Notes: generated from the letters alone by a model not told the origin. Shown: positions 34,894 to 44,672, counted from the stretch's first letter. The stretch is 45,036 bases of DNA from a virus (IMGVR_UViG_3300032221_000187:1-45036), one strand, 5' to 3'. Numbers and translations: made by a program.

Positions 34894-37800
34894 TTATTGT
34901 CTCCCCCAAGTACCTGTAGCGGGTGCTGGAGTTGCGGCTGGTATAGGTGAGTTACCTGTAGGCGCGCTCGGTAAAATTATTTCCCTGCCATCTGGTAACT
35001 TATAAACGGTCTTACCGTCTTTCTGAACTGATGTGCCTTTATTAGCAAGTACAGCGGTGGCGCTTTTTACAGCATCAGCCGGTGCCATGCCTGGATTATT
35101 GTGAAGAATATTCGTTGCCGTTGTTGAAATATTAGACACCCGTGGGTCGGCGGGGTCTAAGTCGGGGAACATATTTGTCACCGCGCCATTGACGGCTTTA
35201 TCATAACCGCCAGTGGATACCTTGTTATTATCTTGGTGATCGAAGGTACGTTTCTGTTGGTCTTGTTGGAACTGCTGACCATCTTCGCGGCTTGTATCTT
35301 GATGCGTAAAGCCAGCCTGTTGGCGACCAGAATTCATGATATTTGTGTATTGCGTCGTCCATGCAGCGCGTTCTTCAGCAACACCCTTACGAACTTGGTC
35401 TTGGTGCTCTTTCGACATCTGCGAGAAATTACCCGGCAGCGTCGGCATTGGGCCAAGATAATTAATCGCCCTCTTATGCAGCGCATACTCAGGCGAATTA
35501 TCTTCCGGCGGTGTAATCGCTGTAGGCTGACGCTGCTGGTATTGTTCATACGCGGGATCTGGCTGCGAAATATTGAGCTTGGTGCCACCTTGTGCAGCTG
35601 ATGTCAGCGACTGCCAGTATGCAGATCCGTCCTTCAAACCAAGTGCAGCGCCGAGTAGCTGTTGCTCAGTCACACGAACTTTCTGGATAACTTCGCCACT
35701 AGCGTCTTTGTGCGTGACAATAGCGCCGCCATCTTCCGTTGGCTTGGCGCTGACGTTGGTGCCGTCAGGGATATTCTGCTGCGCTTTAGTCAGTGCGGTC
35801 ACAGCGCCTTCCGTGTCACCCTTTTTCAAGAGCTCCACGGCTTGGTCGCCATAGCGCGATACAAGCATTTGCTGATGGAAAATAATCGACCGTGCGACTT
35901 CTTGTGCGCCCTTTGTGTCACCTTGCGCTAAGAGATGCTCGTAACCGGCAACAAGGCCAGCCGTCGTGCGTATACCTTCCGTGAGCTTATAGTTTGGATC
36001 GACAGCGTTGCTGAGTGCAGCAACCTGTTCAGGTGTCGCTGCTTCTTTCTCAGGGCCGAGACCGAGCATGTTCCCAAACGCCGTAATGAGATCATCGCCG
36101 CCGCTACCGTCTGTCGGTACCGCTTGACCTTGCTGCGCATTGCGACGCGTGCCTGCGGCGTGGATGCCGTAGTCTTGCTCCACACCGTTGATGGCGTTCG
36201 TGAGCGCACCGGCAAGCATTTCTTTGAAATTCTTAGGCTGCTTTGTTTTGGCAGCGATGCGTCTATGTTCAGCGTATTTTTCTAAATCAGCTTGGCGCTT
36301 GGCTTCCTGACTGCTTGGACCAACAATAGGCGCTTCGTCAAACCCGCCTTCTGGAATGGCTGGCGTGACCGAAGCTGGAGGTGCTTCCTGCGGGGCGGTG
36401 GGCTCGGCTCTCGCTACCTGCGTCGGTGCCGCTTCCTCCGATGGTGCCTGCGGTGCGTCTCCTCCCGAGAGGAAATTACTGAAGGGGTCGTCGTCGACGG
36501 GGCCACCAAGAGCGTAGCCGGGGGAGATTGCAAGCCGCGCTGAGTACCCACCACCGGGGTTTGTATTACGGGAGCCAGTTGCTGGGCTAACGCCGGGTTG
36601 CGCCGATGCGACACGGTCGGGGCGACCTGTGTTTTCTTTAGTAACAAGTCCGCCTTTAGCAAACCCGGGTACCGGGCCACCGTTGGCGAAGCCTCCAAAG
36701 AAGCTGCCCAACGCACTACCAATAGCGTCGAAACCGCCGCCAAAATCAGAATTACCGCCAGCATTACTTTGTGCAGAAGTTGCTCCAGCGGCGTCAGTTC
36801 CACTTGTATCATTTAGATTATCTGGGTTGCTGAACAGCGACGACAGCCAATCCATAGAACCGGCGTCTTGCTGTGCGGGTTGTTGCGGGGTAGCAGCCGT
36901 GGGTGGAGGCGGGTTAGCTGCGGCGGTATCTGGGACAGCCTTCGGTGTCTCAGGAGGCATAGGCGGGCCTTGCTCATGCGGCATAGGCGGGCCCATGTTT
37001 GGATGAAACGACATCGGATCTTGAACGTCTTTTGCAGCAATATACAACTTGTCGTCGTTAGGGGCCGTACGTAATACGTCTGGCGTCTCATCTGGATAAA
37101 TCGTCGGGATGCCGTCGCCGTTTGGATCTGTGGGCGTACTGGCAGCGCCAGCTGCTGGGCCACCATCTACGCGAGGTATCGCGGTATCTTGCTGGGCAGC
37201 AGGATTATCTTTTGTGGCGTTCTGCCAACTTAATTGCTGCTGCTCAAACTGACTTGCGCGGCCTGCATCCTGCGGCATACCAAGCACAGCTGTTCCTTGC
37301 GGTAACGAATGACCATCACGACGATGGCCCATTGCACCCGTCTCGCTGCGCATACGATTTTCCCAATGGCCGGGATCAGTCCACTGTCCACCCGTGTAAG
37401 GAGTAGACGGAATATCCCCGCCATAGACGCCCGGCTTAACGGGCTGTGGCGTTCCTTGGTTCAGCGCAGGATTTGGGCCAAAACTTTCAGGACGCGTTGG
37501 CGGCGTTGGCGCATCGACGCGGGGATTTGGTATGCTGGCAGCGCCAGCTGTTGGGCCACGGTCAATAGATGGGATGGCCTCGGGACGAGACGGCGGCAAC
37601 GGCACACCGCTCGTATCTGGTTTGGCTGGGTTATTACGCGCGTTCTCGGCTTTACCGGGATCATTCCAGCGCGTATCATCCGTACGGATATTGTTTTTAC
37701 CCTTTGCCATATCATCACCGTTCCATGTATCTACGAAGCTGCGTGCATTGGCAGGCAACCCAGCGGTATTCTCTCTAATTGAAGCAGCCGATGGGATAGC

Positions 37801-39066
37801 TTCTCTATTTATTTTGAGTTCTTTGTTCGCTAAATCAGCCGTAATAACTTGGTGCCCAGAGCCATCAGCGGATGGCATAGAAACTTTACCGGCACCATCA
37901 GTGTAGGCCGTCTTCGCGTCAGGAAACGCTGTGACGCTCGCACCATTTTTATCGACATGGAGGTACGCTTTGCCGTTCTCTTTAAGAACCTGCATCACGT
38001 CCTGTTTAAACTGCGGCCACTTATCACCAGCGACAGAGATACAGCCCTGCGTAATTAATCTATCGTTTGTCGCGGAATGAAATTCAATGCCACGGCGGTA
38101 ATCGCCAATATTTTTATCATAGATAGCGTTGTGGTTAATACCGATTGCGCCATGCGCCTGACCCCAAGCACCCATTTCATTAGGTGTGATCGGATAATGC
38201 CCTTCTGGGATAGCGCCGCGACCTGCGCCACCAGAACCAAACTCATACGTGTGACCGTTTACGGCGATGTTTGATCTTATTTGTCCCGGTGCCGCTTCCC
38301 CAACAGGCGCAGACGGTGTCGCTGATGCGAAGCTATTATTGGAGTAAGAACTCCATAGACTGTCGCCGTTCTTCTGGCGAAGTTCAACTTGATGATCTGC
38401 GTTGGCTGGAACTTCGTAGGATCGCGTCCAGATGCTATTCCCGTCCTGAACCGTGCGACCTTGCAGCAACCCTTCGAGCACATGCTTATGGGTCGTGTCC
38501 AACTCATGACCCAGATACTTAACTTGTGTTTCTAACGGAATTTTATTGATGTCGTTGGTGCCAGCAAACTTATAGAGGCCGTCAAGGCGCTCTTTATGCC
38601 ACTGCGCGATACCACCCGATGGTGAACCGTTATCATTAGGATTATACGCGGCAGGATTTAACCGTGACCCGCTTTCACCCATTAGCGAACCAACCGCACC
38701 CGCCGCCACTTCAGGGCGAACGCCACGATTGATTAGCTCGTCCATAATCATTTTATGCGCTTGCGTAGCGCCGCCGCCTGTAGAACCACCCGCCGAAGGA
38801 GCGGCAGGGTTTATTACCGCTTTACTCGGATCAAATCCGTCACGCCCGGCTTGAATTGCTTTTTCTAACGCCGATGTCGTGTCACTCTTGCCTTTACCAG
38901 AACTGCCACCAGACTTTTTACCGCCACCGGCACCGCCATCTTTACCACCGCCACCGGCACCGTCTTCATGACTTTGCCGAGCGCGTGCAGCCGCCTCCGC
39001 TGCACCCTTTGCGGTTAGTTCAATATAGGATTGGCCTTGATCTTCAGCGTTGCGTGGTAGCGCCAT
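34894..39066 (-). CDS. Internal virion protein with phage-tail-lysozyme domain and YkuD/Tlde1-like domain
   Basis: AAGAVGSLMGESG...GIAQW...RL...QVKYLGHEL...YEVP (Phage_lysozyme2-like). GAIPEGHY...RRGIEFH...TQGCISV (His/Cys L,D-transpeptidase-fold motif). FAxGG repeats. Confidence 0.75.
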   Translation of the reverse strand: MALPRNAEDQGQSYIELTAKGAAEAAARARQSHEDGAGGGGKDGGAGGGKKSGGSSGKGKSDTTSALEKAIQAGRDGFDPSKAVINPAAPSAGGSTGGGATQAHKMIMDELINRGVRPEVAAGAVGSLMGESGSRLNPAAYNPNDNGSPSGGIAQWHKERLDGLYKFAGTNDINKIPLETQVKYLGHELDTTHKHVLEGLLQGRTVQDGNSIWTRSYEVPANADHQVELRQKNGDSLWSSYSNNSFASATPSAPVGEAAPGQIRSNIAVNGHTYEFGSGGAGRGAIPEGHYPITPNEMGAWGQAHGAIGINHNAIYDKNIGDYRRGIEFHSATNDRLITQGCISVAGDKWPQFKQDVMQVLKENGKAYLHVDKNGASVTAFPDAKTAYTDGAGKVSMPSADGSGHQVITADLANKELKINREAIPSAASIRENTAGLPANARSFVDTWNGDDMAKGKNNIRTDDTRWNDPGKAENARNNPAKPDTSGVPLPPSRPEAIPSIDRGPTAGAASIPNPRVDAPTPPTRPESFGPNPALNQGTPQPVKPGVYGGDIPSTPYTGGQWTDPGHWENRMRSETGAMGHRRDGHSLPQGTAVLGMPQDAGRASQFEQQQLSWQNATKDNPAAQQDTAIPRVDGGPAAGAASTPTDPNGDGIPTIYPDETPDVLRTAPNDDKLYIAAKDVQDPMSFHPNMGPPMPHEQGPPMPPETPKAVPDTAAANPPPPTAATPQQPAQQDAGSMDWLSSLFSNPDNLNDTSGTDAAGATSAQSNAGGNSDFGGGFDAIGSALGSFFGGFANGGPVPGFAKGGLVTKENTGRPDRVASAQPGVSPATGSRNTNPGGGYSARLAISPGYALGGPVDDDPFSNFLSGGDAPQAPSEEAAPTQVARAEPTAPQEAPPASVTPAIPEGGFDEAPIVGPSSQEAKRQADLEKYAEHRRIAAKTKQPKNFKEMLAGALTNAINGVEQDYGIHAAGTRRNAQQGQAVPTDGSGGDDLITAFGNMLGLGPEKEAATPEQVAALSNAVDPNYKLTEGIRTTAGLVAGYEHLLAQGDTKGAQEVARSIIFHQQMLVSRYGDQAVELLKKGDTEGAVTALTKAQQNIPDGTNVSAKPTEDGGAIVTHKDASGEVIQKVRVTEQQLLGAALGLKDGSAYWQSLTSAAQGGTKLNISQPDPAYEQYQQRQPTAITPPEDNSPEYALHKRAINYLGPMPTLPGNFSQMSKEHQDQVRKGVAEERAAWTTQYTNIMNSGRQQAGFTHQDTSREDGQQFQQDQQKRTFDHQDNNKVSTGGYDKAVNGAVTNMFPDLDPADPRVSNISTTATNILHNNPGMAPADAVKSATAVLANKGTSVQKDGKTVYKLPDGREIILPSAPTGNSPIPAATPAPATGTWGRQ

Positions 39067-39074
39067 TACTCACC

Positions 39075-40232
39075 TCAAGCAGGAATGGCGCTACGGCCTG
39101 ACTTCGATACAAATTGCGGAGGGCCGGGGAGCGGCGGCTGCATTGACGGTCTTGTCTCCGTCGTTGCTTCAACTTGTGCGCGCTCTTGTTTGGCCTTGTC
39201 GATCATTGAATAAACTTGCTTCTCACCGAGCCACTTAACCGCGTCGGCGGGGATTACGAATTCACCCGGACTTAATCGAGCATTAACGTCATCGGGGATA
39301 GCGCCCTTAGATGGGCTGGCTTCGTGTGGGACATGCCCGCCTTCTTGCGCCATACCGGCACCAGCAATAGGTGCATCGCTTGGGGGCATACCGTCTTCAG
39401 GAATAGCGCCACCTTCATTGAGCGACATAATAGACCCAAGCATACCCTGTATGCCCTGCATACCGGCAGACGCAGACTGTGTGTTTGCCTGCTGCTGCTT
39501 AATGGCGTTGTTGGTATAGTTATTAAATGCTGTAATTGCGTTGCCCTGTGCTTGGTTGCCAGCGTTAAACCATGCCACAGGCGCAGTCATTGCGTTTGAA
39601 CTGGTCTGGAAGAAGTTCGTCAGGCCACCAACGCCCGCAGCGCCAGCCGAAGAACCAACACCCGTCGTCTGATTAATATTATTTTGAAACCCTCGACCTG
39701 TATTCACAACGCCCGATTTAAGCGCCATGCCCTGCATTTGAGTATCGTCAATGGCTTTTGTGCCAGCCGCTGCCTGCGCCGATGCCTGTTGCGTACGCGA
39801 GGCTAAGTCGAGCGCACCATACCGTGTGCTGCTCGGGTCAATACCGAAACTTTCTAATTGCTGAGAAGCAGCCTGCCGGGCTTGCTCAAATTGGCTGGCG
39901 ACCATCGCCTGCGCTTTACCAGCATTGGCCTGTTGGCGCTCTGGCGTATCCCAAGTGGACGCCTCACGGGCGAATGAAGTTTCGATAGGTTTATAAGTAT
40001 CATTATATTGGTCCCACTGAGCGCGAGACATGTCCGATTGAAAATGCTGGTCAGCAACCTGTTGTTTGGTGCTGTCAAGAATATAGGGTTCATACTTGGC
40101 GTAGACTTCTTTGGACCATTTTAATTGTTCCATACCAAGCTGATATTGCTTTTCCGCAGCCATCATAGCTGCGAAGCCCATCATCTCATTGTTGCCGTTC
40201 CCGTTGGAACCACCGCCACCTTTACCGCCCAT
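39075..40232 (-). CDS. Internal virion/DNA pilot (ejection) protein
   Basis: MGGKGGG start, Ala/Gln-rich helices, GIDPSS, DDVNARLSPGEFVIPADAV. Confidence 0.7.
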   Translation of the reverse strand: MGGKGGGGSNGNGNNEMMGFAAMMAAEKQYQLGMEQLKWSKEVYAKYEPYILDSTKQQVADQHFQSDMSRAQWDQYNDTYKPIETSFAREASTWDTPERQQANAGKAQAMVASQFEQARQAASQQLESFGIDPSSTRYGALDLASRTQQASAQAAAGTKAIDDTQMQGMALKSGVVNTGRGFQNNINQTTGVGSSAGAAGVGGLTNFFQTSSNAMTAPVAWFNAGNQAQGNAITAFNNYTNNAIKQQQANTQSASAGMQGIQGMLGSIMSLNEGGAIPEDGMPPSDAPIAGAGMAQEGGHVPHEASPSKGAIPDDVNARLSPGEFVIPADAVKWLGEKQVYSMIDKAKQERAQVEATTETRPSMQPPLPGPPQFVSKSGRSAIPA

Positions 40233-40235
40233 ACC

Positions 40236-40253
40236 ATTAGCTCCGTAGGTAAC
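40236..40253. promoter_or_regulatory. Operator-like site (GTTACCTACGGAGCTAAT on minus strand)
   Basis: Fills almost the entire 21-bp intergenic gap and overlaps the GGAG ribosome-binding site. Confidence 0.6.
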
Positions 40254-40715
40254 TTACGCCGCGTGGGCGGCTGCGTGTTTATCTCTCAAACGGTCATACG
40301 CTCGCTTGTAAGCAGGGCCTAAAAACCGGCAATCTTCGCGGCGAAGCGTAAGCACTTGGGCCGCGCCAGTGGGAAAGTACTCATCTATCACAAATTCAGG
40401 CTTAAAACCAAAATTAAGGTCAAATTGCAGGGCCTCTAAATTATGCACCGAGACGATACCGATTACCCGTTTCACCTTAAGATGGTTAAAACAAAAGTCG
40501 CTCACAGCGTAGAGCCACGCCGGTTTACACCATCCCGTCGCAAAGCCAGCGACATGAGTATGAACAGACGCGCCGTTGTACCCGTCAAACAATGCGCCAC
40601 CTGCCAATGCACCATCTGCATCATGCCAGGAAATACACATAGCAAACGGCGTCAGCTGCGTCTCGGCAGCTTTTGCTATCGCTAGTGCGGCCAGTTTGTC
40701 ATCAAATTGGATCAA
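40254..40715 (-). CDS. GNAT-fold virion assembly protein
   Basis: FCFNHLKVKRVIGIV...NLEALQFDLNFGFKPE (RimJ/L-like). Position between nozzle and ejection genes as in P22/T7-like phages. Confidence 0.7.
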   Translation of the reverse strand: MIQFDDKLAALAIAKAAETQLTPFAMCISWHDADGALAGGALFDGYNGASVHTHVAGFATGWCKPAWLYAVSDFCFNHLKVKRVIGIVSVHNLEALQFDLNFGFKPEFVIDEYFPTGAAQVLTLRREDCRFLGPAYKRAYDRLRDKHAAAHAA

Positions 40716-40921
40716 GGGTGCGCTTTCCTGTAAGCATCAAAATCTGCCTTAAGGGCTTCATACTCTTCTTTGCGGCAAAATATTTGATGATTAAGTGAGC
40801 CCGCGCCGTTGGCAGCAATAATATCCATTGCGTGCATGAGAGCGCGAACAGTAAGTGACAGACTTTCTATAGTCGCAGCAGGCTCTGGGATAGGTGGGAT
40901 ACGCGGTTTGTAATCAGCCAC
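40712..40921 (-). CDS. Small hypothetical virion-operon protein
   Basis: Overlaps both neighbouring genes. Confidence 0.55.
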   Translation of the reverse strand: MADYKPRIPPIPEPAATIESLSLTVRALMHAMDIIAANGAGSLNHQIFCRKEEYEALKADFDAYRKAHP

Positions 40922-43274
40922 GGGCGAGTTCCTTTACAGACGTAGCAAGCTGAATATTTGTTACGATCACCATACCCTCTAATTCAAGTTGCCACTGATC
41001 TGCTTTAAACCCACTTGGTAGCATAACGAGTTCGCCGGACTCTCTGATCTCTCTTGTGAAGACAACGCGATCATCGGCGCGTAACCGCAACAAAAGAAGC
41101 ATGGTGTCAGGATTAAAATAGACGTTTAGATGGTCTTCTTTGTTGGGAAAGGAGCGGTGCGGGACAGGGCCAGGGAAGAACGGGCCATGTTGCATATACT
41201 CGGTTTGAACTTGGAAAAATACTTTACAGGCCATAAAGGCTTGCTTGTAGGGGAACTGAAATACTTTTGACTGCCACAGCCAAGGTCTGAAGAAAATACC
41301 CTCTGGCGGGTCCCAATGCCAAATTTTTCCACCAGACAAAACAAAGTTTTCACCAGTAAATTCGTCTTGGAAAATATGCTGAACGAGCCCGTCAAACTTC
41401 ATACGCGTATAGCTTGTGTTGGCGACAGGCCCACCAATGATGCAACCATTATCCATCTGGTCAGCGTGTGGCACAAACTGCGAATGAAGGCCGTCAAGAT
41501 AGACACCATCGCTAGGCTCACTACTGCCGGAGCCAGGACCAACCGCGCCATCGTAGTAATCTTCATCTGACGGCAACGAACCGTCAGAACCCGGATCAAT
41601 AGATCCGTCATAGACCTCGCCAGCAATTAATACGCCGCGCTGAACGAAGGCCAAATACGCCCCAGGCACGCGCACAGCCATCAATAAATGCGGCTGGAGT
41701 GCAATCCATTCCTGTCGGGTAAATAATTGCTTGGTGATAATTTCCGCCGCGCCCATACCGTATTGTACGAGGACGAGCCCGTTCTGAGCAGCGTAATAGA
41801 CGCCATCCTCTGTGCTCAAAATAGAGCGCCGAGAAATGCAAGGCTCTTTAATTGCAAGCGCCGTCATCGCCATCGTGGATGGATGGATGCCCGTCACGAC
41901 GGTGGGATTGCCCTTGGTGAGCACAACAAGGTTCTGCGCTGCGCGACCAAATCCAACAATCGGAAATGGTACCGCGATTGTATAGACACTTGGAAACGTG
42001 TGTGGGCGGTAAGGCTCAGAGAACCATATCTCGTGGTCGTCACGCCATGCCGCGATGATACCGTTTGGAAGAACAATCGCGCCTTGAAAATCACTCGGCG
42101 GCGTATTCCAGTTTGTTGATGCAAGCTGCGTCGAGCCAGTTATTTTTTCATCTAATGTTGTATCAACAAATACTGTCGTCGTGGTTGGAACCTCGGTAAC
42201 CATATAATAATTGGCACCACCAGCGCCGTCAGCAATGGTTCGGTAAATGCGTTCATGCGTTATGTTGCGACTGTTTGTTATAGACCCGTCGGGGGGATCT
42301 ACTGTTACCGTCCATACGTCATGTGAATAACCAACAACGACAGTGGGCGGGCTCGGCGCGCTCTCCTCACCATACTCGGTAACGTAGGTGGTCACGTAAG
42401 CGCGTGTAACAAGAACGCCGCGCTTACTCTCAATAGAGACCAACGTCCACTGAGAAGCGGTCCAACCGGCGGATACAGCGATATTAGCTTTATAAAATTT
42501 ACCGTTGTAAGCGACGAGGTCGCCAGCAGCGTAACTACTATCAGCGTTCCACGGTGGCGCATACGGAGCGGTTGTATCTTCAGTCCACTTCGTGGCGTCC
42601 CAAGCCTTTGTCGTAGTCGTGTTAGCTCGGAAAAATTGGCCCTTATAAGTGACCATATCTCCAGTAGTGTACGCCTTATCAGAAGAAAAATCTGGCGCTG
42701 TTGGCGGCGTCTCTTGGACTTCTACCCACTTTGATACGTCCCACGCGCCAGCGGCAACTTCTAGTATGGCTTTATAAACTCGACCACCATACGTCACGAA
42801 ATCATCTTTGATGTATGACTTCGTGGAGCTAAATACTGCGGGGGCTTTTGCTGTCGCAACTACTTTAGGTGCTTTGTCAGGTGCCGGGACGCCTAAGAGA
42901 AAGTCAGGCTCACCAGCGACTAACCTGTCGTATGTGTTGTATGTCGGGGGGATAGTTGGGCCGAAGAAATAATAGCGATGATATTTATCATCAACGATAG
43001 GCGACCGAAACACTTGCGTGTATTCGTCGTTTAACTCCAACCACAAGCTACCTTCCATACTATCTACTGGCTGGTATGGGTTAGGTACACGATAGATAGC
43101 GCGAGTATTGCGCACGTCTTCTATGTCGTGAATTGCTTCTGGTTTTCTAAAGCCACGGATGTCGCCGTGTGCAAGCCAAGCGTTCTGCGCGTATGCGGCA
43201 TTTGTCTCAGGGAGAAGCGTATTGGCGCGAAGGGGTATCATCCCCTTAAAATCTTGGAGTAGTATTGCCGCCAC
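40914..43274 (-). CDS. Tail nozzle/stabilisation protein with three inserted CBM5/12-like repeats
   Basis: FKGMIP...LLP...A..AQN start, YVTTYVTEYGEESAPS, IWFSEPYRPH, PCISRRS, WLWQSKVF. Insert of three [FW]...Y..GD.V.Y.G..Y.A modules. Confidence 0.7.
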   Translation of the reverse strand: MAAILLQDFKGMIPLRANTLLPETNAAYAQNAWLAHGDIRGFRKPEAIHDIEDVRNTRAIYRVPNPYQPVDSMEGSLWLELNDEYTQVFRSPIVDDKYHRYYFFGPTIPPTYNTYDRLVAGEPDFLLGVPAPDKAPKVVATAKAPAVFSSTKSYIKDDFVTYGGRVYKAILEVAAGAWDVSKWVEVQETPPTAPDFSSDKAYTTGDMVTYKGQFFRANTTTTKAWDATKWTEDTTAPYAPPWNADSSYAAGDLVAYNGKFYKANIAVSAGWTASQWTLVSIESKRGVLVTRAYVTTYVTEYGEESAPSPPTVVVGYSHDVWTVTVDPPDGSITNSRNITHERIYRTIADGAGGANYYMVTEVPTTTTVFVDTTLDEKITGSTQLASTNWNTPPSDFQGAIVLPNGIIAAWRDDHEIWFSEPYRPHTFPSVYTIAVPFPIVGFGRAAQNLVVLTKGNPTVVTGIHPSTMAMTALAIKEPCISRRSILSTEDGVYYAAQNGLVLVQYGMGAAEIITKQLFTRQEWIALQPHLLMAVRVPGAYLAFVQRGVLIAGEVYDGSIDPGSDGSLPSDEDYYDGAVGPGSGSSEPSDGVYLDGLHSQFVPHADQMDNGCIIGGPVANTSYTRMKFDGLVQHIFQDEFTGENFVLSGGKIWHWDPPEGIFFRPWLWQSKVFQFPYKQAFMACKVFFQVQTEYMQHGPFFPGPVPHRSFPNKEDHLNVYFNPDTMLLLLRLRADDRVVFTREIRESGELVMLPSGFKADQWQLELEGMVIVTNIQLATSVKELARG

Positions 43275-43275
43275 C

Positions 43276-43578
43276 TTACTCTCCCTTATGACCTATAGTC
43301 TTGACCTCTGCCCCATTTACCGCGTCGGAAACAAATTGAATTGCTGAGTTCACCATCACAGTTTCGTTTCTAAAACTTTCAACCGCAGCGCCGACCTGAC
43401 GCGTCTGCTGAGAATTTTCAATTAACAAAACTGGTAACCACGAAATTGAGCAACCCCACTCGTCTACTTCTTTACCTGTCTGCGGGTTTGTTCCGCGCAC
43501 CTGAATAAACCAGCTGCACTGGAGTTGTATGCAGTCCTTTTTAATTAAAGGACAAAACTTGCCGGGCTTTAATTCCAT
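43276..43578 (-). CDS. Conserved tail-fibre-associated Cys-containing protein
   Basis: CPLIKKDCIQLQCSWF...WGCSISWLPVLLIEN...AAVESFRNE. Confidence 0.6.
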   Translation of the reverse strand: MELKPGKFCPLIKKDCIQLQCSWFIQVRGTNPQTGKEVDEWGCSISWLPVLLIENSQQTRQVGAAVESFRNETVMVNSAIQFVSDAVNGAEVKTIGHKGE

Positions 43579-44165
43579 TAGTCTTTAGACGCCAAAATAA
43601 CGTCAACGTACGACACGTCCATATCAAGCTGGAATGAGTGGGTGTGTGGCTGTCCACCACCGACCGCACCCATTGTAATACCAGTTTTAGATGAAAGTGT
43701 TTTCAGGTCGGTATCAATTTGCGGGTTAACCAGCCAACCGTGACCGCCACCGTTCGCGTTATTGCCAGTGTTCAAGATGTTATGCGTATGACCCGGATCT
43801 GTAAGCGGATGGCTATGTGATGGTATCTGGTCAATCGTAAGCGCAGTCGCTCCAATCGTGCCACCGTTCGACGGATTAAACACCGCGTCAAAGTCCAACG
43901 TGCCGCCAGAAGATACGGCCCCAGAGACAACTCTGAGAGCCTTATTGTTGTGCGTAGTTAGCTTTGTCCAACCTACAGGCGCTGATGATTGCTGAAACAA
44001 CATACGCGTACCTGACGGCATACCGCCAAGCGCACCATTTCTCAGGCGACCTGTGCTGTCAGCCCACCAGACAAGACCGTTATACTGGTCAATATACAAC
44101 TCACCATCAGCGAGTTCTGTCGGACGCGCGCCAGTTTTCGTTCTGTTGAGTTGTATAAGAGCCAT
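43578..44165 (-). CDS. Short tail fibre/collar-like protein
   Basis: GTRMLFQQSSAPVGWTK...KALRVVSG...LTIDQIPSHSH...HTH metal-binding fibre motifs. Confidence 0.75.
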   Translation of the reverse strand: MALIQLNRTKTGARPTELADGELYIDQYNGLVWWADSTGRLRNGALGGMPSGTRMLFQQSSAPVGWTKLTTHNNKALRVVSGAVSSGGTLDFDAVFNPSNGGTIGATALTIDQIPSHSHPLTDPGHTHNILNTGNNANGGGHGWLVNPQIDTDLKTLSSKTGITMGAVGGGQPHTHSFQLDMDVSYVDVILASKD

Positions 44166-44167
44166 TA

Positions 44168-44350
44168 TTAATCTCGCTTAGTAGATGCGTAGGCAGCGTT
44201 GGCCTTGGTGCCAGCAGTCTGCTCGGCGTTAAGCGCGGCTTCCGCCGCCGCCACAGCCGCTTTACCCGCAGCTATTTCCATTTCAGTTGCTGACATTGTA
44301 ACAGCGTCAAGTTTAGGTTCCGATCTTGGAGTAGGTTTTGCCTGCGACAT
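44168..44350 (-). CDS. Small Ala-rich protein (paralog of neighbour)
   Basis: Shares AGKAA...AEQTAGT.A.A.A with 44350..44631. Confidence 0.55.
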   Translation of the reverse strand: MSQAKPTPRSEPKLDAVTMSATEMEIAAGKAAVAAAEAALNAEQTAGTKANAAYASTKRD

Positions 44351-44631
44351 TACGAAGCCTTCTGATTAATGGTTCCGTTGTCGAACTTAGGTTCAACTTT
44401 AGCGTGCGCAGTTGCAGCCGCCGTGCCAGCGGTCTGTTCAGCCGTCACTGCCGCAGTAAACGCAGCGGGCGCAGCCTTACCGGCGGTAACTTCACCAGCC
44501 GTAGCCGCAGCAGCTTGAAACAACGGGCCAGTGTCAGGTGCCCACTTTGCGGCAGGTGCCGCCGATGGTGTGGTGCCTGCACCCGTACCCGTTCCGGTAC
44601 CCGTACCCGTGCCTGTTGTTGTTCCAGCCAT
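44350..44631 (-). CDS. Small Ala/Thr/Gly-rich protein
   Basis: AAGGAG Shine-Dalgarno, (TG)n N-terminus. Confidence 0.6.
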   Translation of the reverse strand: MAGTTTGTGTGTGTGTGAGTTPSAAPAAKWAPDTGPLFQAAAATAGEVTAGKAAPAAFTAAVTAEQTAGTAAATAHAKVEPKFDNGTINQKAS

Positions 44632-44654
44632 ATCGTAATTCTCCTTCTGTATGA

Positions 44655-44672
44655 GTTACCTTTTCAGGTAAC
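44655..44672. promoter_or_regulatory. Operator-like palindrome GTTACCTTTTCAGGTAAC
   Basis: Perfect 7-bp arms, intergenic. Confidence 0.75.
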
